From positions 1 to 64,000 of the IMG/VR virus record IMGVR_UViG_3300034071_000719: a stretch of 64,000 bases of DNA; one strand, written 5' to 3'. The translations under genes were made by a program, and so were the position numbers. The notes beneath the pieces were generated by a model that was given only the letters and a program-made list of their open reading frames with translations, searched no databases and had not been told where the DNA came from. Position 1 is the first letter of the stretch; each line of letters starts with the position of its first letter. Positions 1 to 8,653 of the stretch are shown in pieces. The stretch is from a virus.

Positions 1-331
1 TGATGCATAATCCGTAGTTAGCCAAACTATGTCATCATATGGGTTGTATCTTTTTCACAGTGCCCAAATCATTCGGTTTTTACACCTAATTTTTATATTG
101 TTGATTCGCTTTTTATAGCACAATACCGAGTCGCCATTCAGTGTGTAGTCTAGTCTACACGTTCCAAGTGCGGCCATTACGCGAGCACCATCTCCTCTGA
201 ATACAGAACTTAATCTGCAATAGGGCTGTTAAAACATTTACTACTTTATTACGGAGTTGGAATTTGTTTCTATGAGAGTGACTTGGTGTCTAGGAGCTAT
301 GTGTTTATTGTAATACGTTTAATGTTGTTGG
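1..331 (-). ncRNA. Putative structured non-coding RNA, truncated by the window edge
   Basis: No ORF of 60 aa or more. Many nested inverted repeats: 1-5/33-37, 15-19/25-29, 40-43/63-66, 73-77/125-129, 97-101/120-124, 143-148/155-160, 204-207/214-217. G-U extensions favour the minus strand. Confidence 0.45.
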
Positions 332-772
332 TCAACTAGTTTTATTAATTTTTACATCTTTAACGGAGTTTTTACCTAGTTTAAGTTGTATAATACCATT
401 ATAGTTATCTTCCCTTAACAGTACTTCTTCCTTAAATTGATAATGCGCTTCCATATAGTTAGTTTCTCCGCGACTGCTACACAAATGTATAATTTCGCGT
501 TTAAACTGTTCTTTGCCTAGTTCTAATATGTCTGCTACTAAACGACTTGATGAACCCCAATAGTCTTTCCAATCAGTTTCGATTGTTTCTAGACGTTTGT
601 TCTTCTTGCCTTTTAGTGGTGGTCTTTTTTTGATAGTTTTAAAATATTTGCGGCCCACATAATCGTGTCCGTTTGTGATATTAGTTATTCTATAAATGAA
701 GCCGTAATATTCACCGATATCCCCTGAATCAAAAGTTGTACCATTGTAGATCCAGGGATTATCGTATGTCAT
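332..772 (-). CDS. Compact GIY-YIG endonuclease (endonuclease II/Seg-like)
   Basis: GFIYRITN...YVGRK motif, YWGSS, conserved E (YMEA) and YN; no C-terminal DNA-binding extension. Confidence 0.85.
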   Translation of the reverse strand: MTYDNPWIYNGTTFDSGDIGEYYGFIYRITNITNGHDYVGRKYFKTIKKRPPLKGKKNKRLETIETDWKDYWGSSSRLVADILELGKEQFKREIIHLCSSRGETNYMEAHYQFKEEVLLREDNYNGIIQLKLGKNSVKDVKINKTS

Positions 773-776
773 ACGT

Positions 777-783
777 TATTTAT
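777..783 (-). promoter_or_regulatory. Late promoter motif ATAAATA, 4 nt upstream of the GIY-YIG start codon
   Basis: Resembles the T4 late promoter TATAAATA; the same motif recurs upstream of structural genes. Confidence 0.5.
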
Positions 784-965
784 TTTGCAGCCGCTGCGTT
801 TTTCTTTTCCTGAATTTCCGCACGACGAGCTTTAGTTAACTTACCTAAATCACCTAATGCACCGCGAGCACGTGCCGCCGCAGCCTTAACACCTTTAACT
901 TCAAATTTTTCTGATTCTGAAACGTATAATTCTACTGCTGCTAAAATTTCTTCATGAATTGACAT
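780..965 (-). CDS. Small basic histone H1-like (Hc1-type) DNA-binding protein
   Basis: 61 aa, Ala/Lys/Arg-rich, KGVKAAAARAR...L...K.RR pattern; strong AAGGAG RBS. Confidence 0.7.
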   Translation of the reverse strand: MSIHEEILAAVELYVSESEKFEVKGVKAAAARARGALGDLGKLTKARRAEIQEKKNAAAAK

Positions 966-983
966 GTTTTACTTCTCCTTGTT

Positions 984-998
984 GTTATGTGTATTTAA
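984..998 (-). promoter_or_regulatory. Late promoter motif TTAAATA-cac-ATAAC
   Basis: Same TAAATA-N3/4-ATAAC pattern as at 7165, 14280 and 17696. Confidence 0.55.
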
Positions 999-1031
999 CC
1001 ACCGTACAGTGGGTGGAAATTTTTTTATTGC

Positions 1032-1823
1032 CTACAATTGTGTTAATAAGAATTCTGCAAATTTTTTATTGCTTATATATCCAGGGTGTAAATTATCATT
1101 ACCTAAATCTAAATAAAATTTAGTACGAAATCCGTTATATAAATTAAGCCAGTTAGTTAATCCGTTAGCAGTTTTATATTCGGAATGCATCCTATCGTAA
1201 ATTATAAATATTTCAATGTCGCTACGCAAGTCCGTTTGTATTAATTTCTTAGTTAGCTCAGTTAAATCCTCGGGCAGCCGGCTAACATCGGCATTATAAG
1301 TAAAATAATTGTCGTCCCAAAAACAAATACCGTTTACAAAATAAAGAGTAACATTTAACTGATTGGCTAGTTTGGTTAATATTCTACAATAATTTAATAA
1401 TTCTAAAAATTCGTAATGTAAATTAGTTAAGTCAAAAAATCTATTTTTTATATTTTCTATATAATCTTTAGAGTAAGTAACATCTACTAAGTTTACTCCG
1501 TGCTCTACTAAGGTACACCCTCCTAAAAACAGACTTGTAGGATAGGTCTCTAATCCTGGGTTAACGGTTATTCGGGATGGTTCGGTCCAACAGACAAATG
1601 CAGTAGTTGGTCTGTGTGTAATTAAATCTTCTACAGTTTTACAAAAAATTTGTTTATTATTGTACCCACTTACTCCGGAATTTATTAAATTTAACGATTT
1701 TAATTTTGGATGAGTTGAGTGTAATATGTTAACCCACAATCCAGGGTCGGCATATTCTGACAATAACCCTACTCCTTGGGTAAATGAACATCCTGTAAAT
1801 AAACAATTAGACAAGTTCGACAT
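1032..1823 (-). CDS. SGNH/GDSL-like hydrolase or acyltransferase
   Basis: Block I GCSFTQG, block II GVSGYNN, C-terminal DNLHPG (DxxH). Confidence 0.65.
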   Translation of the reverse strand: MSNLSNCLFTGCSFTQGVGLLSEYADPGLWVNILHSTHPKLKSLNLINSGVSGYNNKQIFCKTVEDLITHRPTTAFVCWTEPSRITVNPGLETYPTSLFLGGCTLVEHGVNLVDVTYSKDYIENIKNRFFDLTNLHYEFLELLNYCRILTKLANQLNVTLYFVNGICFWDDNYFTYNADVSRLPEDLTELTKKLIQTDLRSDIEIFIIYDRMHSEYKTANGLTNWLNLYNGFRTKFYLDLGNDNLHPGYISNKKFAEFLLTQL

Positions 1824-3576
1824 CTGTACTATATGATGTAAACCCGTTCTCTTTGGTTACAGTCATAATATTGTTAACTCGTCCCGCAAGTTCGTCTTTA
1901 TGTGACACGAGCCAAATACTTTTCTCATGTTCACGCGACATCTTTTTAAGTATGCTTAGTGAACTTTCAACTCCACTACTGTCCATACCACTATCAATAA
2001 GCTCATCAATAAACAATAAGTTAATTGGATTGTATAAACTCTCCCACACATCACGGAACGCCCAGCTTAAACTTAGTATCAAGCGATTACGTTCGCCACG
2101 TGATAAGTTATCAAAGTCTAACTCACGCCCTAACTCTGTAATTTCGACACTTAAATCATTTAAGAACGTTACTGTGTGGGGCAAGCCGATACGATCTAAG
2201 TATTGACTTAATCGTGCGTTTAAATGCGACAAGTTCTGATCAATAATACGCTTACGAATAAAACTATCTTTGTTAGTTAATAGTTTTAACAAGAAGTCTT
2301 GATGTTCCTTTAACTTAACAAGCTCATTCATTGTAGTATAATCAGTATCCGCCATTGCAGTATGCGTCATTTCTTCAATCTGTTCAGCATACGGGTCGAC
2401 TTCTGCAGACTTAGTTGCTAACTGCGTTTCTAAACTAGTAATCGAACCCTTGTGATGAAATGCATCTGCTTCTTTATCGTAAAAGACTTTTGGTTGCGCA
2501 CCCAATACACCCAACTCAGTAAGTGCAAACTCTAACTCCATGATAGTAACACCATGCAAGTCAACTTCTATTGCGGCAACATCTAAATCAACTTTCTTAG
2601 CAGTTAGTACAGCTTCGTGCTTATCATCGTGAAACGCTTGCCCGCACGTATGACATTGATGACTTTCCAACGTAGCTATTTCTGCGGTTAACTTGTCTGC
2701 ACGTTTACGTTCACGTTCTTGATCTGCACGTGCGCGAGTTAATGCTGTAGTTAAATCAGCAATATCTTTACGCTTTTGATTGTATGCAGTAAGCCCTTTA
2801 TGTGCCGCAAGCTCTTGCTCTATATCAATTTTAAGCAGTTCTGTTAAGGCATTTTGTAGTTTTACTGTGTCATCTGTGTGCTTAGTAGTCCACATAGTTT
2901 GTCGACGTTTTAAGCTCTCAATTTGCTCTTTAATACGCTCGTTTGCGTCTGCAATCGCCTTAATTCTGTATTCTTCTTGCTGAATTGCTTCCTTAGTAGC
3001 ACGACCCAGCTCTTTAAGTTTTTCTGCTTTTTCACTTAGTACAGTAATACCAAGCAACTGTTCAATAATCTCACGCTGGTCATTTGATTTAAGACTTAAG
3101 AACGGCTCGGTGTAAGTGTTAAGCGCAACAATGTGCTTAAACATATCGTGCTTCATGCTTAACAAACGTTCAATCTCGGCTTGCGTTTCTCTACTATCAC
3201 CTTGACTCTCGTCTGTAATTTCTTTTTCTTCATCGCCCACGTAAAACTTCATTATGTTGGGCTTACGACCACGTTCAATCTTATAATCTTGCCCATTATG
3301 TTCAAACTCAACAGTAACTAACATGTTCTTACCATTAGTTTTATTAATTAAGTTATCACGTTTAATATTAGTTAACGCTTGCCCAAACAAACTGTAGCTT
3401 AGTGCATTGATGATAGTTGTTTTACCTGTGCCGTTACGTGCGCCACTATCATCTCCGCCCAAGTCAACATTAACACCAAGCACTAACGTGAGGTCATTGC
3501 GATCAAAATCCACTGCTTGCGTTGCATTACCAACACTCATGAAGTTTTTAACTGTAAGATTTTTTATTTTAAACAT
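1807..3576 (-). CDS. gp46: Recombination endonuclease ATPase subunit (gp46/SbcC/Rad50)
   Basis: Walker A NGTGKTT, coiled coil with zinc hook CHTC, signature LSRGE, Walker B LLFIDE, H-loop VSH. Confidence 0.95.
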   Translation of the reverse strand: MFKIKNLTVKNFMSVGNATQAVDFDRNDLTLVLGVNVDLGGDDSGARNGTGKTTIINALSYSLFGQALTNIKRDNLINKTNGKNMLVTVEFEHNGQDYKIERGRKPNIMKFYVGDEEKEITDESQGDSRETQAEIERLLSMKHDMFKHIVALNTYTEPFLSLKSNDQREIIEQLLGITVLSEKAEKLKELGRATKEAIQQEEYRIKAIADANERIKEQIESLKRRQTMWTTKHTDDTVKLQNALTELLKIDIEQELAAHKGLTAYNQKRKDIADLTTALTRARADQERERKRADKLTAEIATLESHQCHTCGQAFHDDKHEAVLTAKKVDLDVAAIEVDLHGVTIMELEFALTELGVLGAQPKVFYDKEADAFHHKGSITSLETQLATKSAEVDPYAEQIEEMTHTAMADTDYTTMNELVKLKEHQDFLLKLLTNKDSFIRKRIIDQNLSHLNARLSQYLDRIGLPHTVTFLNDLSVEITELGRELDFDNLSRGERNRLILSLSWAFRDVWESLYNPINLLFIDELIDSGMDSSGVESSLSILKKMSREHEKSIWLVSHKDELAGRVNNIMTVTKENGFTSYSTDVELV

Positions 3577-4442
3577 AGCTTCTCAATCATATTATTAATT
3601 TCTTTTGTTGACTTAAACCAATCTTTATAGTCGTATACTGGTATTATAACATTAAATTCTTTCTCAATGCAATAATTAATATAGCCTTGTTCATGCAGAT
3701 CGGTAATATTAGTAATATCAAATGGCTCTTTATCTTTTATTGCTTGCATAATGATATTGGTATTTGTATATATCGCAAAATAAGATGAATTTGCTACTAA
3801 CCAATCTCTAAGAGATTGATCGAGTGCCTCATGATTGATTACGGTCATGTTCAATGTATTGATTAATGTTTCTATAGTACTAATTGGATTAGTTATTAGA
3901 TCTTCTAATTCTACATTTATTGTATTGTCGTCTTTATTCCATGCAAACGGCCAGTTGTGATAAAATAACGTAAAATTTTCTCTAATTGCATATGATTCAT
4001 TAGCATCGGTCCAGTTTGCAGCTATATGATTGCTATTAGCGTCGACTATATTTTCTTCGGAGGCCTTTATCATACAAGTTTGATAGATAATCGGCCGTAC
4101 AGCATTACTAATTACTAATCGAACTATTGTTGCATTTGGAAAATTTTTATTAATCTTTGTATAATTGTCGTTATTAATTCCGTTATCACATAATACTAAT
4201 ATTTTTTTGTTATTGTGTTCTACTGCAATAGTTGGTATATATACTAACGGATCTTTATAATATATTTCTGTATATTTTGTACTCTGATGACTGCGGCCAG
4301 TAGAGTCAAACTTAAACGTCGAATTATCTACTTTAACTGTTTCGTTTGCAAATTCAGTTAATATATGATATATAAAGTTTCCAAATCCGCCCGACGGATA
4401 ACTTATTAATATAATATCGCTACTAGCAGTATCAAAAATCAT
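3564..4442 (-). CDS. Hypothetical protein, possible sulfotransferase-like P-loop fold
   Basis: N-terminal IILISYPSGGFGNFIYHIL resembles the 5'-PSB loop region; later VELEDLITNP motif. Confidence 0.4.
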   Translation of the reverse strand: MIFDTASSDIILISYPSGGFGNFIYHILTEFANETVKVDNSTFKFDSTGRSHQSTKYTEIYYKDPLVYIPTIAVEHNNKKILVLCDNGINNDNYTKINKNFPNATIVRLVISNAVRPIIYQTCMIKASEENIVDANSNHIAANWTDANESYAIRENFTLFYHNWPFAWNKDDNTINVELEDLITNPISTIETLINTLNMTVINHEALDQSLRDWLVANSSYFAIYTNTNIIMQAIKDKEPFDITNITDLHEQGYINYCIEKEFNVIIPVYDYKDWFKSTKEINNMIEKLCLK

Positions 4443-5452
4443 AGATTTCTATAGATATCTAATAACAATGCTGGATTATAATGCTCACTGTTAATAGCTG
4501 TTAGTTGGCTTGTTACGATTGTATCGATACTTTCAAATTGAATATTGCCGAGCATAATATCTGTGCCGATATCAGTATGCTTAACTGGGATTAGTGTAAG
4601 TTCACGTAGGTTATACGTGCCTACAAATGTTTCTTTAATAAACGTTGCTTCTTCATACGAAATATCCACGTCAATGTTTACTCGACAATGCATGCCCTTT
4701 TGCAATAACGTATCTGGATTTTGCAGTATACCGCTTAACGTGTATACACGATACTTGGGTTGATCGGGCCATGCATGAAACGTTGGCTCTTCTCCCCAGT
4801 TAAGTATCATCATACCACGTTCGTCATCACCGGCATCTGCATAATTATGCGGAAACGCATTGCCAATGTATGTAATGTTCTTACCAGTTTGACGTTTATG
4901 AAAGTGTCCACTGTACACATGATCAATATGCCCAAAGTCTTCACGTCTAATCTCACCATGCTCGGGCATTTGCACCATTGCATTCATGTAATAGCCTGGC
5001 AACTCAAAATGCCCAAACATATACTTTGCATTGATCTTTTGTATCTTCTTATGATCATCCCCAACTAACCACGGCACAATGCTTACATCACCCTCTTGAT
5101 AGAAATCATTGATGATTTCAATGTTAGGAATATGTCGTGCCCACTCAGCTGATTGTATATCACGCTTGTCGCGATAATATAAATCATGATTACCCGGAAT
5201 AAAGATAACACGATCAAACGCTTTGCCCAACAACTCTAACGCTGTTAGGCTATAGTTTAACGTGATGATATTAATTGCCGCTCGATTATTATGATAGTCT
5301 CCAAGAAAAAAGCAAACATCACACCCTTCTTCTTTAGCTTTGCTAATAAACCATTTAATGTACGCAAGGCAATCTTCATTATGTTGCGTACTATTTGACT
5401 TTAGTCCTAGATGTAAATCTGTAAATACCGCAGCTTTTTTGAATAAATTCAT
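4439..5452 (-). CDS. gp47: Recombination endonuclease nuclease subunit (gp47/SbcD/Mre11)
   Basis: Metallophosphoesterase motifs DLHLG, GD, GNHD, GH, SGHFH. Confidence 0.95.
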   Translation of the reverse strand: MNLFKKAAVFTDLHLGLKSNSTQHNEDCLAYIKWFISKAKEEGCDVCFFLGDYHNNRAAINIITLNYSLTALELLGKAFDRVIFIPGNHDLYYRDKRDIQSAEWARHIPNIEIINDFYQEGDVSIVPWLVGDDHKKIQKINAKYMFGHFELPGYYMNAMVQMPEHGEIRREDFGHIDHVYSGHFHKRQTGKNITYIGNAFPHNYADAGDDERGMMILNWGEEPTFHAWPDQPKYRVYTLSGILQNPDTLLQKGMHCRVNIDVDISYEEATFIKETFVGTYNLRELTLIPVKHTDIGTDIMLGNIQFESIDTIVTSQLTAINSEHYNPALLLDIYRNL

Positions 5453-6111
5453 TTTTTCCTACAATCGATTAGTGGTTCATTTAATTTTACTAGAATGTAC
5501 CCTTTGAAGTCAAGTTTTTTGGCACATATTTTTAATCCATACTTAATGTTAAGTTTTAAATCTCGCTCAGCGGCACTGAGCGAATTATATATTCGTATTT
5601 CCCCCGACGGCAACGTAACTTGTAGTTTAATTCCATATTTTGCATATTGTTCTTTTTCTTTATCAGTAAACCCAGTGGTTGCTATTCTATCAAGTCTGGT
5701 TTGTATTTTTTGCTTATATGATTGTATTTCTTCTATACTCAATCCGTGAATAGCATGTTTCTTCTTTAATGTTTCCGCTCGTTTAATGATATGAGATTCA
5801 TCTAAATATCCAAAGCCGCCTGCTGCATCATTATTGAGATTATAATATGTTGGATCATCTTTAATGTTTACTACTGTATCAAGCCATTTTTTTTCTGTTT
5901 CTAATACTAATTTTTTATTGTTCTCGGAAACATATTCTAATACTCTCATAGTAAAGTGTTGTGGGTTATTTTTATATGCTACCATAAAATCTTTGCCGGA
6001 TCCTTTGTAATAATCATCAACTGCTCCGTAATGCGACCCAATATATTTCATATTATTAGTGGAATTTATCCATTCATATACATAACCATAGTAATCTTTT
6101 TTGTATTTCAT
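5449..6111 (-). mobile_element. Free-standing GIY-YIG homing endonuclease (Seg-like); likely start is the ATG at 6111
   Basis: GYVY...KYIGSH, YKGSG, YYNL; C-terminal NUMOD1-like IYNSLSAAERDL helix-turn-helix; inserted between gp55 and gp47. Confidence 0.85.
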
Positions 6112-6160
6112 ATCTGCCAATCCCCTGTAAATGTATTTAGTTATAGGCGACTGGCAGATA
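6111..6160 (-). promoter_or_regulatory. Translation-repressing hairpin with an embedded late promoter
   Basis: TATCTGCCA (6111-6119) and TGGCAGATA (6152-6160) form an inverted repeat that covers the AGGGGA RBS and the A of the ATG; CTAAATA lies in the loop (6134-6140). Confidence 0.75.
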
Positions 6161-6174
6161 AAATAATTTGCGGT

Positions 6175-7068
6175 TTATTCGTCTGCGCCGTGTCCGCCAC
6201 CACCCCAACTACCACCGCCCTGATTCTGACGAGTGTAGCTTGGTGCGTAGTTGTTCATCTCTAAGATGTCGTCACGAATGTTTTGATTACGCTTTTCGAT
6301 GTTTAATACACGAGTAAAGCTGTTTGTAATTGCGGCTGTATAATAGGCAAATGGATTGTCTGATTTACTTTCATCAAACTGTAGCCCAATTTGACTTAAT
6401 TGAAGTAATGCTTGCGAACGCATCTCGTCATTATATGTATAACCACGCCAGTTACTACGTGTAGCATAGCGTTCACATAGTTTAACAAACATATGAGCTA
6501 ACTTAGCAGTCATCTGTCCGTGATCTCTACTGAAGTTACCAGTTTCTAAATCGCCCTTCCAGTGACTCTTACCAACAATAACTGGTGTTAAGTCTTCTGT
6601 AACAGAATAATGAAAGAATGGAGGAAAATTTAGTTTAACGTACTTAGTAGCACCTTTAACTTTAACAGCGGGTTCATCGTATTCAGTTTCGAATAAGTCT
6701 TCGTCGTATGCTTCTTGTGCTTTAGCATCGGATTTTTTCTGTTTAACTTCATCGATTGGTATATGTTCCCACGTCATAACACGGAACACAATGTCTGTTA
6801 CTGGAATATTTTCTACTGGGATTGCAAATTCATCTAATTTGCGTTTGTTGCCAAGTAACAGTTCGGCTTCTTGTGCTTCTTTTGCTAACCTAGTTGCACG
6901 TGTTGCCCTTGCTTCTGCTACGGATTTTTTGGTAATTGCACTAACATTTGATACAATAGCATCATAGATCATGACTTCTTTGTTAATGAAACTACAATAT
7001 GCTAATTTACTTTTTGCTATTTCTTTTAATATGTCTTTGTTGTTGAGATAATTAATTTTACGAGCCAC
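6175..7068 (-). CDS. gp55: Late-transcription sigma factor (gp55-like)
   Basis: NYLNNKD, NWRGYTYNDEM, FDESKSDNPFAYYT motifs; upstream of gp47/gp46 as in T4-like phages. Confidence 0.88.
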   Translation of the reverse strand: MARKINYLNNKDILKEIAKSKLAYCSFINKEVMIYDAIVSNVSAITKKSVAEARATRATRLAKEAQEAELLLGNKRKLDEFAIPVENIPVTDIVFRVMTWEHIPIDEVKQKKSDAKAQEAYDEDLFETEYDEPAVKVKGATKYVKLNFPPFFHYSVTEDLTPVIVGKSHWKGDLETGNFSRDHGQMTAKLAHMFVKLCERYATRSNWRGYTYNDEMRSQALLQLSQIGLQFDESKSDNPFAYYTAAITNSFTRVLNIEKRNQNIRDDILEMNNYAPSYTRQNQGGGSWGGGGHGADE

Positions 7069-7089
7069 AGTTTTTGGTTCCTTTTAATT

Positions 7090-7119
7090 AGTATAACATA
7101 ATAGTATTGCACTATACAA
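7090..7119 (-). promoter_or_regulatory. Sigma70-like promoter for the gp55 operon
   Basis: TTGTAT-18 nt-TATACT with a TGn extended -10. Confidence 0.55.
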
Positions 7120-7163
7120 CCTATTTATGCGGTTAATCTTTAACTGCTACTATTTCTCCGGCA

Positions 7164-7179
7164 ATAAATACACTATAAC
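7164..7179 (+). promoter_or_regulatory. Late promoter for the baseplate operon
   Basis: ATAAATA-cact-ATAAC followed by a GAGG RBS. Confidence 0.65.
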
Positions 7180-7193
7180 ATAGAGGTTTTATT

Positions 7194-8345
7194 ATGGCAG
7201 TAGTATCACCAGATTTTAATGCAACAACTAGCTGGAGTGGTGGCGGGTATGACCCTAACGCACCAGTTGACACCAATGGCGGCTATGATCCAACAACAGG
7301 ATATGCCGGCAATAGCAATACCATTGGCGGCCAAGGCGCAGTTACTAATAATGTAGGAACTATGCCAGATTACAATGCGGTGCAAGCAGGCGGCTACGAC
7401 CCTAATCAATCTGCAGATAGTTATTATACTGCTGGTGGATACGATCCAACCGCACCATCACCCGCGGCCTCCGATAGTGTTGCAATTCGATTAGCTAGCA
7501 CCGGCGGCCTTTCTGCAGGAGGTGGTGTAGGTGGCCCTCGCCAAGCAACATCAACTGGGTTTCAAAGTGCTGCAGGAGGAGATGTATCTGCATCTGGAGA
7601 TTGGCGAGTACGCATCGCATTATCAAATTCGAGTAAGATATTTTACAAAGATACAACTAATTCATTGATGAAACCATTGAGTGAAACAAATGGCGTAATA
7701 TTTCCGTATACACCAACAGTTAATATCACTCATCAAGCCATGTATAATGCAACTCAACTTACACATAGTAACTATGCAATGCAATTCTATCAAGGAAGTG
7801 AAGTGAGTGATATTACTATAACTGGCGAATTTACAGTGCAAGATGCCAATGAAGGTAGATACTTATTGGCGGCAATATACTTTTTCCGTGCCGCAACTAA
7901 GATGTTTTTTGGGCAAGATTCGGCTACAGGGGCTGGCGCAGGTAATCCACCACCACTTGTATATTTAAATGGGTATGGTGAACATTATTTCCCTCAAGTT
8001 CCTTGTGTGATATCTTCGTTTAATCATATATTACCAAATGAAGTAGATTACCTCGAAATACCAATAAATGAAACAACTCAATCTACTATTACAACAAATC
8101 ACGGTAGTGTTCAGGGTATGGTATCTGGAGTTGATTATCCTAGTATGTTAAGTAGCAGTGGAGTTACAGGGCAAACTACTCAATCAACCTCTACAGTATC
8201 AACAACAACTACTAAAACTACACGCTTACCAACAACTAGTACAATAAGTATTACACTTCGTCCAGTGTACAGTCGTAAGAGTTTACACGAAAAATTCAAT
8301 CTTGGCGATTTTGCAGCTGGCAAATTAGTTGGAGGATTTATCTAA
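7194..8345 (+). CDS. Baseplate/tail-tube initiator-like structural protein
   Basis: GVIFPYTP, ITITGEF, GNPPPLVYLNGYG and VPCVISSF motifs of tube-fold baseplate proteins; first gene of the structural operon. Confidence 0.6.
   Translation: MAVVSPDFNATTSWSGGGYDPNAPVDTNGGYDPTTGYAGNSNTIGGQGAVTNNVGTMPDYNAVQAGGYDPNQSADSYYTAGGYDPTAPSPAASDSVAIRLASTGGLSAGGGVGGPRQATSTGFQSAAGGDVSASGDWRVRIALSNSSKIFYKDTTNSLMKPLSETNGVIFPYTPTVNITHQAMYNATQLTHSNYAMQFYQGSEVSDITITGEFTVQDANEGRYLLAAIYFFRAATKMFFGQDSATGAGAGNPPPLVYLNGYGEHYFPQVPCVISSFNHILPNEVDYLEIPINETTQSTITTNHGSVQGMVSGVDYPSMLSSSGVTGQTTQSTSTVSTTTTKTTRLPTTSTISITLRPVYSRKSLHEKFNLGDFAAGKLVGGFI
7239..7451 (+). repeat. Four GGYDP(N/T) peptide repeats in the N-terminus
   Basis: GGYDPN, GGYDPT, GGYDPN and GGYDPT, encoded with different synonymous codons. 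Confidence 0.85.
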
Positions 8346-8650
8346 TGTCAACAGTACAATATAGCAAAACTAGTCCGTACTTCGGTACAACTATGTTTGG
8401 TAATTTTTTAGACATTGCCGTAGATAGACAACTACCTAAAGATCCCAGTGATGTATTATACAGTATCGATGCAGTATATTCAACTCGCCCTGATTTACTT
8501 GCAAATGACTTATATAGTGATAGTAGTTTATGGTGGGTGTTTGCAGTGCGCAACCCGAACGTAATCCAAGATCCAATATTTGATTTTACTACAGGTACTG
8601 TTATCTACATTCCTAAAAAAACAACTATTATTAACGCATTAGGGTTATAA
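8345..8650 (+). CDS. gp53: Baseplate wedge protein, gp53/LysM-like
   Basis: RPDLLANDLY...LWWVFAVRN...DPIFDF...IYIP motif; 101 aa. Confidence 0.75.
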   Translation: MSTVQYSKTSPYFGTTMFGNFLDIAVDRQLPKDPSDVLYSIDAVYSTRPDLLANDLYSDSSLWWVFAVRNPNVIQDPIFDFTTGTVIYIPKKTTIINALGL

Positions 8651-8653
8651 TAA

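Noticed and set aside
55-177. 40-codon minus-strand ORF MAALGTCRLDY... with GAGGAG upstream
   Set aside because: RBS spacing is too long (14 nt), there is no protein motif, and it overlaps the stem-rich region; a non-coding interpretation is preferred but not proven.
999-1026. CCACC/GGTGG hairpin near a T run as a terminator
   Set aside because: Only 5 bp, and the T run is on the plus strand while the flanking genes are on the minus strand.
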